NCBI RefSeq assembly: GCF_009834535.1
Contig: NC_045696.1
Coordinates: forward strand, 71,240,001-71,304,000
DNA: 64,000 nucleotides
Origin: Camelus ferus
Lineage: Eukaryota
Direction of reading: 5' to 3'
Below, piece by piece: positions 12,040-24,608 of this stretch (within the stretch, counting starts at the first letter, position 1; each line of letters starts with the position of its first letter). The position numbers and the translations under genes are program-made. The notes beneath the pieces were generated by a model that saw nothing but the letters and a program-made list of their open reading frames with translations, had not been told where the DNA came from and ran no database searches.

Positions 12040-12330
12040 TTTTGGCCCCTTGGTGTTTTTAGAATAGTTAGTTGTCAACATTTTAAAAATTGGGAGATTT
12101 CACATAAAAACGGTGTTTCTGGCTTCACTTGAAAAAGAAGATCAAGCAATTCTTGGCTCACATTTCTGCTTGACAACAACACTTTGTGCCAAAGCTAAGA
12201 TGTGGTTAAACCCTTTGGATGGAGCATCTAGATCATCAGTTTCTGTCACCAACTATTGTCTTATTCCTGACTGGCTTCCCTCATTTATGTTACCTGCTTG
12301 GCCCCTATAGGCATTTGAGTTTGCCTTTGA
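12040..12330. mobile_element. hAT DNA transposon relic (MER102-like)
   Basis: aattgggagatttcacataaaa...ggcatttgagtttg motifs, recognised by eye. Confidence 0.45.
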
Positions 12331-12361
12331 GTGTTATGATTAATTTTCTTGTTTGATTCTT

Positions 12362-12941
12362 TTTTTTTTTAACATCTTTTATTAATTTATAATCATTTTA
12401 CAATGTTGTAAAATTCCAGTGTAGAGCACAATTTTTCAGTTATATATGATCATACATATATTCATTGTCACATTTTTTTCTCTGTGAGCTACCCATAAGA
12501 TCTTGTGTATATTTCCCTGTGCTATACAGTATAATCTTGTTTATCTATTCTACAATTTTGAAATCTCATCTATCCCTTTCCACCCTCCGCCCCCTTGGCA
12601 ACCACAAGTTTGTATTCTATGTCTATGAGTCTGTTTCTGTTTTGTATTTATGTTTTGTTTGGTTTTTTGTTTTTTTAGATTCCACATATGAGTGATCTCA
12701 TATGGTATTTTTCTTTCTTTTTCTGGCTTACTTCACTTAGAATGACATTCTCCAGGAGCATCCATGTTGCTGCAAATGGCGTTATGTTGTCAGTTTTTAT
12801 GGCTGAGTGGTATTCCATTGTATAAATATACCACATCTTCTTTATCCAGTCATCCGTTGATGGACATTTAGCCTGTCTCCATGTCTTGGCTATTGTAAAT
12901 AGTGCTGCTGTGAACACTGGGGTGCAGGTGTCATCCTGAAG
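12362..12941 (-). mobile_element. Young 5'-truncated L1 (ORF2 C-terminus + 3'UTR)
   Basis: Open ORF2 tail [13 protein letters not shown]...SLICGI (12917-12675), T-tract, perfect 16-bp TSD TTCTTGTTTGATTCTT at 12346-12361 and 12942-12957. Confidence 0.92.
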
Positions 12942-13680
12942 TTCTTGTTTGATTCTTAAAGAGCCTTAGGAAGTAATTTCAAAAATACCATGCCATTCCT
13001 AGGTGAGCATGGGTCTTGTCAGATTTAGAACCTGCGGGGGAAAAAAAAAAGATAGAATGTGCAAATATTTGTTTCCTAGTGGAAAGCAGAAGTAGGGTAA
13101 GTGAGCCAAAGTCATCATTGGCTTAACCTGTTTTATGCTAGAATGATTTCTGTTAGGGAAGGCTCCAGGGAGTGCCATCAGTGGCTAGGAGATCGAAGGG
13201 AGAGACGTTGCTTCAGTGAAGAAGCTTTGCAGATTAGTTGGTATGAGACAGTAAGAAAAGTCTAAGAACCAAATCTTGTTTCTACTAGAATCATGTCACT
13301 TTTCTTCAGTCCCAGTGTCCTCGTCTCTCAGGCCGGGAGGATAAAACCTATCTTGCAGGGGTTTCATGTGGTCAGAGATAATGTTTGTAGATCGCCTTTC
13401 CCATCCTAAGGAATTAATGAATGGAAGCAGGAATAACAGTAAAAATGGCAGAAATAGTAGTTGCTGTTATCCCTGCTCTCTCAAGATGGCTCAGGTTGCT
13501 TCAGCCTGAATGGAATCTTCCAGACTTCAAATGTCTGAGTGGCTGAGTCAGCCCCAGTTCCTCTGAGCAGAGGAGCATTTTCTCTTGGCCACTCTCAGCT
13601 GCATACTGTCAAGGACCTACCCCTCCACTCTCAGCATCATTCTTCATCAAGATTTGAGAATCCTTCCCACTGTGGGAAGT

Positions 13681-13805
13681 TCCTTTTTCTTTCTCTTTTC
13701 TTTTCTTTTTCTTTTTTCTTTCCTTTCCTTTCCTCCTCTTCTCTTCTCTTCTCTTCCCTTCCCTTCTTCCTTCCTTCCTTCCTTCCTTCCTTCCTTCCTT
13801 CCTTT

Positions 13806-13873
<68 letters not shown>

Positions 13874-14011
13874 TCCCTCTCTTTCTTTCTTTCTCTCTTT
13901 CTTTCTCTCTTTCTTTCTTCCTTCCTTCCTTTCTTCCTTTCTTCCTTTCTTTCCCTGTGCTATACAGTATAATCTTGTTTATCTATTCTACATTTCTTTC
14001 TTTCTTTCTTT
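13681..14011 (+). repeat. Compound (CTTT)n/(CCTT)n polypyrimidine microsatellite
   Basis: Direct reading; interrupted by 43 nt of L1-derived sequence at 13950-13992. Confidence 0.95.
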
Positions 14012-17000
14012 CAAGATGACTTTGGATCAGCATTTCTCAAAGCATTTTCTGTAGAACACTAGTTCTATAGGATGTTAAATGCTTTTCTGAAAAATTATTT
14101 TTGGTTTTTCAAGTTTAAATATGTCTGAGAAATACTGAATGAAATAAGGAAAAATAGGTTTCGTTACTGTAGGATTTCTTAGAGTATTTAGCTTAAATGT
14201 TAATGTAACTTGAATATCATGTATATAATTTCCTAAACTTAGTTGACTTCTGGAAATTTCTTTTTCTCAGGATATCTTGCAGGACTAGTACTCCATGGAT
14301 TTTTGGGAAACACTGCTTTAGGTAAATAGAGTAAATCTATAAGAAAGAAAGCTTGAAAAAAAACTGTGTCAGTCTTGCTACAGATAAAATATAGAATGCA
14401 AGCAGCATATGTATAAATAAATCAAGAAACTTAAGAAATAAATGAGATAAGTGGGTTTTTTTTAAAGATAAGTATTTTAAAACCTGAAATTTGATTGGAC
14501 CTGTAAGAACCTGCAAGCGAATAGGAAGTAAAGTAGGTATCAGCTTCAAGCTGTTTCTGAAGCCCTGAGCAATACAGACTTAGACTGCCAAAAGGAGGAC
14601 TCTTGTTTTTCTTCCTTTTCTTTAGATCAATGGCCTACCAGCTGCAGGCCACATGTCATCCACCTAGATCTAATTTTAAGATGAGAGTTTAAAAACATGC
14701 TTTGGTATTATTACCTCTCAAATATACTTAGTAACATTTTAGTAGCTGAAAAGCAATACTGATTTTTCTCATTGGTGGTATTGTAATCAATAACGTATAT
14801 AATTTGTGTTTTAAGAGTATATATTTTTTCTTGTGGAATTCAATAAGTGAATTATTTTGAACGGAAAATAAACACAGTCTGCATCAGTTTTTAATTTTCC
14901 TGAACTGACATTCATTGCCAAAAAGGCTATCACCAATGTAGATCAAAGTTGTTCATCTCTGCTTCTGATCAAAAGCCCATATTTATAAAGCAACACACCT
15001 GAAGGAGAATTTTCGATGAATGACTTGGGGTGACCACTCTTCCAGTCTGCTCAGAACTGTTTTGATGAGAAGGCTCCATCCCAGGAGGACTCTTGATTCT
15101 GGCTTCGCTGGCTTAGTGGGACCTCGCTGCCTCTCATTTGTGACCTGATAGGTGCCTGGTCCACACTTCACAATGTGGGAGACTCCTCATGCACATCTTA
15201 CCATTAGAGATGTTAGACGTATTGACTTGAGTACGTAATCCTTAATTGTCACTATTGGAGGAGTAAAATCCCAAGGCCTGTCTGTGGGCTTCAGTGTTTG
15301 TTATTTCAGCTAAGTACATTTAGCTGGTCGTTCTGGGTGGAGGGAACAGCTAGAGCAAAAACATGGAAATCACAGTGTTGTCAGGACCTCAGATTTGAGT
15401 AGGAGAGTGACACGAAATGAAACTGTGGTATTACGTGGGACCAGATCCCGGAGGTCTTGTATACCAAGCTAAAGTTTGGGTTAATTCCATAGTCCAGTGT
15501 TTCCTAAACTTGAATAAGGTTCAGACCTCTTTTAAGAGAAACAGTTCTCCCAAAACCCTGATACTGACTGAAATTATTTATTTTATAGTATTACTTAAAT
15601 AGGTATATTCATAAGACCGTTTATTAAGTCCTTATGCATGTAGTTCTTACACCACTATGAAATTAAAATGAATTTACAAATTATGTACATGCAAGACTAT
15701 CAACACAACAGTAATTTAATGTGGCGGATAATATTGTTTTATTAAAATTAGACAATTGCTATCATTTTTCCCCTCCTTATAATAAAGAGCTAATTTTTTG
15801 AATACTTGTTATTTTGCTGAGCCAGTTTGATAGTGCAGCTCAATATAATAGTATTTAAATTTTTTAAAAAGTGATTCTTCATTTCATTCTAACTACTGCC
15901 CTTACTGCTAACAAACTTGGGAGGTTATTACTACAAAGGTGAGGAGTGTGTAATTCTTTCCTTCTTAAAGTAAATATGTGATATGACTTACCATAACATG
16001 CATGTCTACACTACTGATACTGTATGAACACTCAGCTTCTCCCACGCAGTTCTCTATAAAAAATACTGTGAAACCTTTGTCTCTACAATATACTGTGATG
16101 TAATTTGGCTTTCATTCAGCATTGTTTACATCTTAAATTCTCTTCTTTTCTAATTTGCCTAAGACCATTAAAGAGGTGAGCTATTCTGTTGCATTATATT
16201 GTTTCCATGATGTCAAATAAAAAGTTCGGTTTATTAACTAACTTAAAAAAGGTCTTATTCCATGAAAATGACTTTCATTGCAAAACTGATCTGCAAAAGA
16301 GAAATTTTGTTTTTATAACTGGCAGAAGAATTCAGCACAGCGCCACCGCAGATGTGGAGTGATCAGGACATTAGCTCCTGCAAGCTGAGAAGAGGAGGGT
16401 GTCAGGGGGCTACTGCAGTAGAGCATTTCTTATGACAATGAATGGTACCACCATCCATCCAGTTCTGCAACCAAAAACCAAGGTGTTAACCATGACATCT
16501 CTCTTTCTCATCCCACCATTTCCAATCCATCAACAAGCTTTGTTGATTTTACCTCTTAAATTTCTCTTGAGTGCATCCACTTCTCTCCATCTTTTCCACC
16601 ACAATTCTAGTCCAAACCTCCATCCTGGATGACAACAGTCACTCCTAGCTAGCCTCTTCTCTTCCATTCCAGCTGCCTCTAACTCTTTCCCCAGTCTGCT
16701 AGCCACAGGGAAGTTTTCAAAATGCAAATTCGAATTCTTAACCCTTAACCCATTCACCTTTTAAAACCTTTCAATGATTGCCTTTTGCTCTTACCTTAAA
16801 GACCTACAACATGGTCCACTTTTGGAGATCTTTCCTTCCTTCTCCCACCGCCTGGTCTTTATTTTTCCCTCTGCTTGGAGTGCTCTTTCTTCTGCCCATT
16901 TCCACCATCTTCACCTTGCTAACTCCTACTATCCTTCAGATGTAACATTTGCCTTTCCTTTCTGGTATATACCATCATTGTAGTTTCAGTTTGGATTAAT

Positions 17001-17783
17001 GTTTATCTGGGACTGTAAACCCCATGAGGGCAGGATACTTGTCTATTTTAGCTCCATTGTATCTCCAGTAGTGAATGACTAAGTGTATTTAGTATATTTA
17101 CACAACATACGTATATTTAAAAATACATACAATTCTGCATTGCAACATAGATGCTCTAGCGCCTTGCCTGAGGGTTGAGAATGTCACCTCCCAAAACGCT
17201 TCACAACATAAATACACTTCAAAGAGGGGATGCTTTGCAATCAATACATGTGAATAAGTATAAGTCTTTGGCACAGGTGGTCCTTGGACAGGCTGAGATA
17301 GTACCATAGTGTATTGAGGCCTTGAACCAGGGCTGTATGGTGCTTATCCATTTTTAAAAAACCTATAATCAATATATTTGAAGTATTTCATGGAGATTTT
17401 TGAAGCTTTTATTTTACATGAAGGTATCAGATACATGGCTTTGGAGTAGAACAGTGTTTGAAGCATGGTTGGAAGTATGAATGTGCCCTGGCGAGGTGGT
17501 TGCGGTGTGCTGAGAAAAGTTTTTCTTATCTCACCAGATGGCCACATGTGCTTAAGGAATCTCAGTAGGTCTATATCTCTATATCTATGTTTATATATCC
17601 ATATAAGTCCTCAAGATTTTTCTGTTAAATTGCACATACCCCACTGAGAGGAGAAATGGTTTGTTCCTATGATACTAAGACTTTTTTATTATGAAATACT
17701 TTAAGGCTACCAAAAAGTACAGCAAATGATATTGGAAACACCTCCAAGCTTTGTTAAATTTTAACATTTGTAAGTTATTTCTT

Positions 17784-17802
17784 TTTTAAAATATTATTTA
17801 TT

Positions 17803-17842
<40 letters not shown>

Positions 17843-18276
17843 TATTGAAGTACTGTTAGTTATAATGTATCCATTTCTGGTGTACAGCACAATGTCCCAG
17901 TCATGCATATACATACATATATTCGTTTTCATATTTTTTTCATTAAAGGTAATTACAAGATATTGAGCATAGTTCCCTGTGCTATACAGCAGAAGCTTCT
18001 TTTTAATCTATTTTTATATATAGGGGCTAACATTTGTAAATCTCAGACTCCCAAATTTATCCCTTCCCACCCCCTTTCCCCCAGGTAACCATAAGGATTT
18101 TTACTATGTCTGAGAGCATGTTTCTGTTTTGTAGATGAGTTCATAGTGTCCTTTTTTTTCTTTTTCTTTTTTAGATTCCACATATGAATGATTTCATATG
18201 GTATTTTTCTTTTTCTCTCTGGCTTACTTCACTTAGAATGACGATCTTTAGGTCCATCCATGTTGCTGCAAATGGC
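17784..18276 (-). mobile_element. 5'-truncated L1 3' end with (TTTA)n tail
   Basis: L1 3'UTR motifs; TSD AAGTTATTTCTT at 17772-17783 and 18277-18288. Confidence 0.85.
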
Positions 18277-18502
18277 AAGTTATTTCTTAAAGAAATAAAA
18301 TATTACAGAAACAAAGGAAGCCCCTATGTATCACTCTCTGATATTATTCCCCTTCCTGCAACACCAGAGGTAATTATACCTTGAATTTGTTGTTTATCGT
18401 GCCCAAGCCTGGTTTTACATTTTTAAATACACATGTGTGCCTCCATTAATGACATATATCTTACATGTTTACAAAATTACAAATTAATTATTTTTGCAAA
18501 GC

Positions 18503-18590
18503 TTTTTTTAAATAGAGGTACTGGGGATTGAACCCATGACCTCGTGCGTGCTAAGAAGAAACTCCGCTACTGAGCTATTCCCACCCCCCC
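18503..18590 (-). mobile_element. tRNA-derived SINE (vic-1-like, short form)
   Basis: Reverse complement of the same SINE head. Confidence 0.8.
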
Positions 18591-18599
18591 AAATTAATT

Positions 18600-20250
18600 T
18601 AATTAATTGATACAAATAAGGTCATGCAATTTGAATCTTTTTGTTATTTATTTTTGCCCAACATTGTTTTGAAGATTTATACATATTGATACATTATAAC
18701 CCTTATTCTTTAACAGTGATATAGTATCCTATTGTACAAACACCACAATCTTGTTCTCTTGTTCACTTGTTAATGAAATTTAGATTCTTCCCACTATTAC
18801 AGATAATGCACAATGATCATATCTCCTTGTGCATATGTATGGAGATCCTTTAGGGCAGCTTTTCTCAGCTAATAGCATTAAGCCCTAATACCTTAAAGTA
18901 TTCATTGTATGTAAGGAATTAACTTCTCCGCCGGGCATTTCGAATGATACTAGCTATGTGTTATCCTTGGGAGAATTGAGAAAACAGCCACTCAAATAAT
19001 TTTTGGGTAGAACATTTAACTTCTACCAAAATCTGTTCTTTTCTTCTTCTACTGTAACAGAGTTGTAGATGGCTTTTGGCTGCCCAGCTGAAGATTGCAT
19101 TTTCTAGCTTCCTTCTTAGTTGGATGTGACCATATGACTAAATTGTCACCAATAGAACGTGAGTGGAAATGATGTATGCTGCTAACTGGCTTGTGCCTTT
19201 AGGCTGAGTCACATCTGCTCCACACTCTTTTTCCTTCTGTCCACCTGCGTGACTGGTGGTAGCAAGGAGTAGAGAAATGTTTGAAGCCATATGGTGAACC
19301 TGACAGAGCCACCATCACCCTGGGTCTCCGACTGACTGCCGGGAGCAGAACTACACTGCTGATCTGGTATACTCACCTGAGACTTTTATGCAGGAGAGAA
19401 ATAAGCTTCTTGAATTCAGGCCACTGAATTTTAGGGGTTTACTTGGGGGTCTGACAATACAGCCCATTTCCAACCTACTAAATTTGGCCAACTTTAATGT
19501 GGTTCTCTCACCCTTACTCTTCCAGCAATGTGTGAAATACCCTGTCTCTCTAGATCCTTGACAACACTTAATATTGTCAGGTTTTTACATTTACCTATCA
19601 GATGCACATAAAGTGGTATCTCATTTCTTTTTAAATCTCCATTTCCCTGGTTAGTAGTGAGATTGGATGTCTTTTCATATTTGAGTGGCTGCTCCAGTTT
19701 CCTTTTCTGTGAACTGTCTGTTCATATCACTTGCCAGTTTTCCCATTGGGTTATTAACCATTTCTTACTGAGTTATAGAAATCTTTTGTATATTCTGTAT
19801 TAAAAACTTTGTCAGTTATAATTTGTGGTGTATGTTTTTACTTTATGGCATCTTATATAGAAGTTTAAATTTTAAGATAGTAAACATATATCAATCTTTC
19901 CTTTATTATTTGTTTTTGTATCTTGTTTAAGAAGTTCTCTATTCCCAAACTCACAAGGATATTTCATATTCTCTTCTAAACGTTTGAAAGTTTTCCCTTT
20001 CACAGTTAGGCCTTTGATCTACATGAAATTGATTTTTTGGTGTAGTATGAAGTAGTAATCCCTGAGTTTTTAAAAATATGGATAACCAATTGTTCCAGCA
20101 CTATTCATAGAAACTTCTTCCTTTGTCTACTGATTTGTAACGTTTTCTCTGTTATAGAAAAGTTTACACATGTGCATGAGTCTGTTTCTAGGCTCTTTAG
20201 TCTATTGTATTGGTGTATTAGTCCATCTTTGTGCAAGAACACTGTATTAA
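18600..20250 (-). mobile_element. Old degenerate L1M, interrupted by an old LTR-like element (about 19020-19480)
   Basis: Degenerate antisense L1 ORF2 motifs; boundaries approximate. Confidence 0.5.
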
Positions 20251-20799
20251 TACATACTTCAGCTGTATGATACATTGGTGTTTCACAGTAGCAAGTTGTA
20301 TAAATGTGGACAAGTCACTTTCCTTGCCTTTTTAAAAAATTTAGTTTCTTAAATGGATAATCAGAATACCCCCACACAGGGTTGATATGGAAATTTTCTT
20401 AAAGAAGTATGTAAAGCACCAGATACAGAATAGGTAGGCACTCAACACAGTAGTTATGTTATAATCATTGAAGGCACAGATGAAACACAAAAAGAAAGTA
20501 ATCAATCTCTTTGGGAACCTCGGTTTCACTTAAAAAAAGAAAGGGATGAATTGGCATGCCGTTTCTAAGCCTCTTGCCACTCTGTAAACTGTGATGAGGG
20601 CATTTTATTATCTGGAAACCAGGCAGCACAACATAATGCGATGGGCAGTGGGATTAATGTGAGAAAGGTGATAGCACAGAATGCAGAGTCATGAGCAAGT
20701 AGTGGTAAAACGTTAAGGGCCACACAGATAGGATCTGGGGCTGGCTGGTTGCCAGGAGATAGAGGCTACCGATGACCTTCAGTGTTTTCTGGTGCATAA

Positions 20800-21560
20800 A
20801 CGGTCACGCACCACCGTGGCCGATCTGCCTACAAACACTGGGCTGCCCGCCCACACAGGGCTGCTGTCAACCCTCCCTGCCACCCCTGGACACGGCCTCA
20901 GAGAAGATTCCAGACAGGCTCGCAGAAGCTCTGGGAAGGATGGTGCAGAGCCTGGAGCGCGCTGGAAAGGGGGAGCGGCCTGCACCTCCTCCAGGGCTTC
21001 TACGGGGCTTCTGGGAAATATAGTCCTTTGCCGGGAATCGCGCCTCAGGCTCCTGGAAGGGGGACTACAATTCCCTTCAGTCTTGGGGAGTCTTTGTGCA
21101 GCACGCCTGCGCAGTCTGGCGACCAATGCCGCTATAAAGGCTTGTTTTGCTCCGGGGCTAATGCTCGCGAGCGTGGTCGAGTGGCCGACACGGCCCTCCT
21201 GGAGCTGGGGCACAGGTAGGTAGCGGCGACCGCCGCACCCCTTTCCTTCTCCCTCGGGTTGTCACAGGGCCCACCGCCGTGTGTCTCTTCCAGGGGTGGC
21301 GGGCTGCGATCGGGGATGCGAGCAGTTTGGGGGAAGCCAGAGACCTGAGAAACGGGGCCTGGCCTCCCTCTGGTCTCCCGCCGTCCCTTGCTCGAGACGC
21401 GACCCCCAAGAGCTAGTGGTGAGGTCCTGGCGTAGCAAGGCAGGTAGGGTGGGAATGAGTGGTCCGGGGTTCCTGCTACACCCGGCTGACACCACCAGGG
21501 GGTGCTGCGGCCGCGGCCCGTGGACGTGGGTCTCTATCACCTCTCCAGGCCCCAACTGGC
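20800..21560 (+). promoter_or_regulatory. ABCC5: CpG-island promoter of ABCC5
   Basis: Densest CpG stretch of the window, spanning exon 1. ZNF143-associated motifs at 21011-21025 (minus) and 21063-21075, NRF1-like GCCTGCGCA near 21105, CCAAT 21123-21127, TATAAA 21133-21138. Confidence 0.85.
21140..21215 (+). other. ABCC5: ABCC5 non-coding exon 1 (5' start uncertain)
   Basis: Donor CAG|GTAGG at 21215/21216 inside the CpG island; resembles the human ABCC5 5'UTR as I recall it. Confidence 0.7.
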
Positions 21561-24479
21561 CATGGAAACGCCCTAGAGCCAGAGCATCCTAGTTGAAAAT
21601 GGCCTGAGAGAAGTCCTTATCCTCAAGGTTGTGGGAAGCCAGCCTGTGGCACAAGCCACATACCGGAGACTCTGAGCTGCCAGCGACCGCAGAAGTCATC
21701 CTCTCGTTTTTTGGCGAAGGGGTAGATGGAGGTTCGTTACAGAAGCACGCACAGCAAACCGTGGGCAGAGCCTGGATTAGAATCCAGCTCTCTTGACCGT
21801 CGTCAGTGCCCTTTCCACTTTACCACGCAGAGCTGCATGGTGCTTTGTATTTATCACACAGGAGTGATTTGGTTTCTGCACAGACGTGGGGAGGCAGGAG
21901 GCACGTGGGCACAGGAACGACCGGCAAAGTTTCAGAGGGTTTTGAAGGAGAAGATGGTTAAGTTATTCTGGGGTCTCCAGCGTTAGTGAATGAAAGGTGC
22001 GGGAGGCTGGAGCACAACAGGTGGATTTTAGGAGGGTGGTTAAGTACCTGTCCTTGTGGTTCCAGATCTTTGCGTAGCTTCAGGGCTTGGAAGCAGATTC
22101 CTGAGGTGTCGGAAACAGGAATGTCATAGTGAAGGCAATTGGGAAGCACCAATCTGGCTACTTACAGGCTTTGTAATCCTGTGCAAACCCCCTTCCCCCA
22201 TACAGTTTCATTTGCATTATTGTGCAGGAGAATGTCTACACTTTTATCACTGAGAGTCTTGGTTAAAAACAAACAAACAAACAAAAAGGCAGCTGACCAA
22301 GTGGCCTCCATGCTATTGATTTTGAGTTCTGAGCACCTTAAAGAGGTTCTCCCACTTGGATTACTCTGCTAGTGCCATCATACAGCTCCAGCTCAACCAT
22401 AAAAAAAAATCCCTTCCCTTTTCCCTCTCTTAATAGCTGGAGCAAGTTAGCATTTTAAAAAAGACTTTTAAACAACTCTAAGGGAGAACAAGAGAAAAGA
22501 GGAAACTAAAATAGTTTCCAGAAAAGTCTAGCCTGGTGGTCCTTCCGATCTGGGCCTTGTTTGTTTCCCAAACCTATTGGGCTTCCTAGCTCTTGGCTAG
22601 CCTCCGTGTGGGGGTGCCCTGTCTTATATCCCTGGTACACAGAAGATGGAATCCTCCTTATGTTCCAGGCCAAGAGATAGTAGCTTTGTCCCTGCACAAG
22701 GCCTGCCTTCTTTCATAGCTGTGCCTCTTTTCCCAGCAAATTAAAGAAGCAAGAGTGTTAGAGGGAACGGGAGGCTGCTCCCCACACCCTTCATACATAG
22801 AATAACTTCAGTAAAGTGTTGGCTTACATGAGTTCTTAGACAATTGAGATGATCCTTATGTACTTCCCGACATGGCATGTGGTACTGTAAGTGAGTGAGT
22901 TACTTTAGCCTCCTCCCTTTCAAACTCCCTCCCCTCCTCTTGCCTTTTTTCAAAGGAGGACAAATCTTTTCTGCTTTCACATAATCAGCTAGGCTGGGGA
23001 ACCTTTGGAGGGGAGGGTTGGCCTTTGCAATCCCTGTAACAAGGAGGATTACTCTGATCTGCAGCTGCATCCTGACATTGAGGACACTGACAGATGCCAG
23101 GTCTGTTTATAGTGTAGGCTTAATGAGGTCTCCATGACGTGATTACTGTGCTCTTGGTTGTAAGCCGGGGTTCTCTATGGTGCAGTTTGTCATTGGACAA
23201 GGTGACTTTAAAGATAAGTAACTTAGCATTATTATCTCAGGGTACTTGAGCCAGACCTCTGAAAGGCAAGAAGTCAAGCTTTCTTTGTGCTGGAAACCCA
23301 TCTCTGTGGAGGAGTTTGAGTCCTTTTTATTTAGAGGATTTGTAAGTGTTCTCCTTTTTTCCCTGGTACCTTAAAAAATGAATTGTAGCCATTGAATTTA
23401 GTCTACAAAGTTGTACTTTTAAGTCTCAGTGATAGCTAGGAATTTATGGAATTCAAAAAGCAACACAGCTACATTTTAATTTCTAGTGAGACCAGTATGA
23501 AAGGTGTTTTCTCAGCTTGTATCTGGGAAGCTTTGAACCATCTTAGAGTAGGGGAAATGTTTTGGAGAGGTATGTATGTGTTTTATTTTCTCAAAAGTAA
23601 CCAGAGTTGATACCGGATATTGATTAAAGTTAATCAGGCTAGCTGAGGTTTAGAGCAGAGTTTCAGGTAGCTACTAGGTAAGACTAAGCAGAGCAGAGTG
23701 GGGAATTTGTTTTTGTTATTGTTTCTTAATAACAGCTTCATTGAGATATTTGTATACCATGAAATTCACTCCTTTAAAAGTCTACAACTTGGTGTTTGGT
23801 TAGTATATTAACAGAATTATGCAATCATCACCACTAACTCTAGAACACTTTCAGTACCCTGAGGAGAATTTGTTTTTAAAGTTAAGGTATAGTATTGTTT
23901 TGTATTTTAGCTATGCAGGTTCACAGAGCTTTAAAAACAACAGTTAACCATTATCTAATTATAAAAATACAAAGATGGGATATATCATTGTTAGAATAAG
24001 TGTTTTATAAGTTTTCATTTAGTAAAATTTATCCATTTTACAATTGTGGAATTTGTAATGCTTGGAACAAACTTAAATTGTTTCCAGAAAGCCTTTTTTT
24101 TTTCAGGCCTATCTAAATGCTCTGTACATTGTGTTTGAACGTAGTTGAAGGTGAAGAGGGTAGGTGTCTCTTTACTATGTTTATTTTTTGCTTGTTTGTT
24201 TTTCCCTTAGAAGTGGGAGGAGAGAATTCTTGAGTCTCTCACACGGAATTTTTTCTATTGAAAAAAGAAAATGGTACATGAACATTTTTTGAAAATTTAC
24301 GTTTATAGTTATAATAACAGAAAACTGTAATGCTTTTGTTCTTTTTTCCTACTTCAAAGCACTTTTTGCTTATGATTAAGCACAATTTAGGAAATATCTG
24401 TCCTTGATGAATTTTTAATTTCAGAAGTTCTCAAGTGGAACCAAGAGCCTGTGAGCCCTGGCACCATCACTCAGAGAAG

Positions 24480-24608
24480 ATGAAGGACATTGACATAGGG
24501 AAAGAGTATATCATCCCCAGCCCTGGTTATAGAAACGTGCGGGAGAGAACCAGCAATTCGGGGCAGCCCAGAGACCGTGAGGACTCCAAGTACAAGAGGA
24601 CTCAGCTG
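24480..24608 (+). CDS. ABCC5: ABCC5 exon 2 coding part (exon starts 24425)
   Basis: Acceptor tttcAG at 24423-24424, ATG 24480, donor GTCAGT at 24609; 129 nt. Confidence 0.93.

Noticed and set aside
12675..12917. ORF with clear protein homology (also 42486-42853 and 40114-40335)
   Set aside because: L1 ORF2 C-terminal remnants, not host genes.
13539..14054. 171-aa and 144-aa F/L/S-rich ORFs
   Set aside because: Artefacts of the stop-free CTTT/CCTT microsatellite.
16338..16356. CTCF-like motif CAGCGCCACCGCAGATG between the two genes
   Set aside because: Only a partial consensus match; needs a PWM scan or ChIP.
20772..21592. Several overlapping ORFs of about 60-145 aa on both strands
   Set aside because: Expected in a GC-rich CpG island; no recognisable domain.
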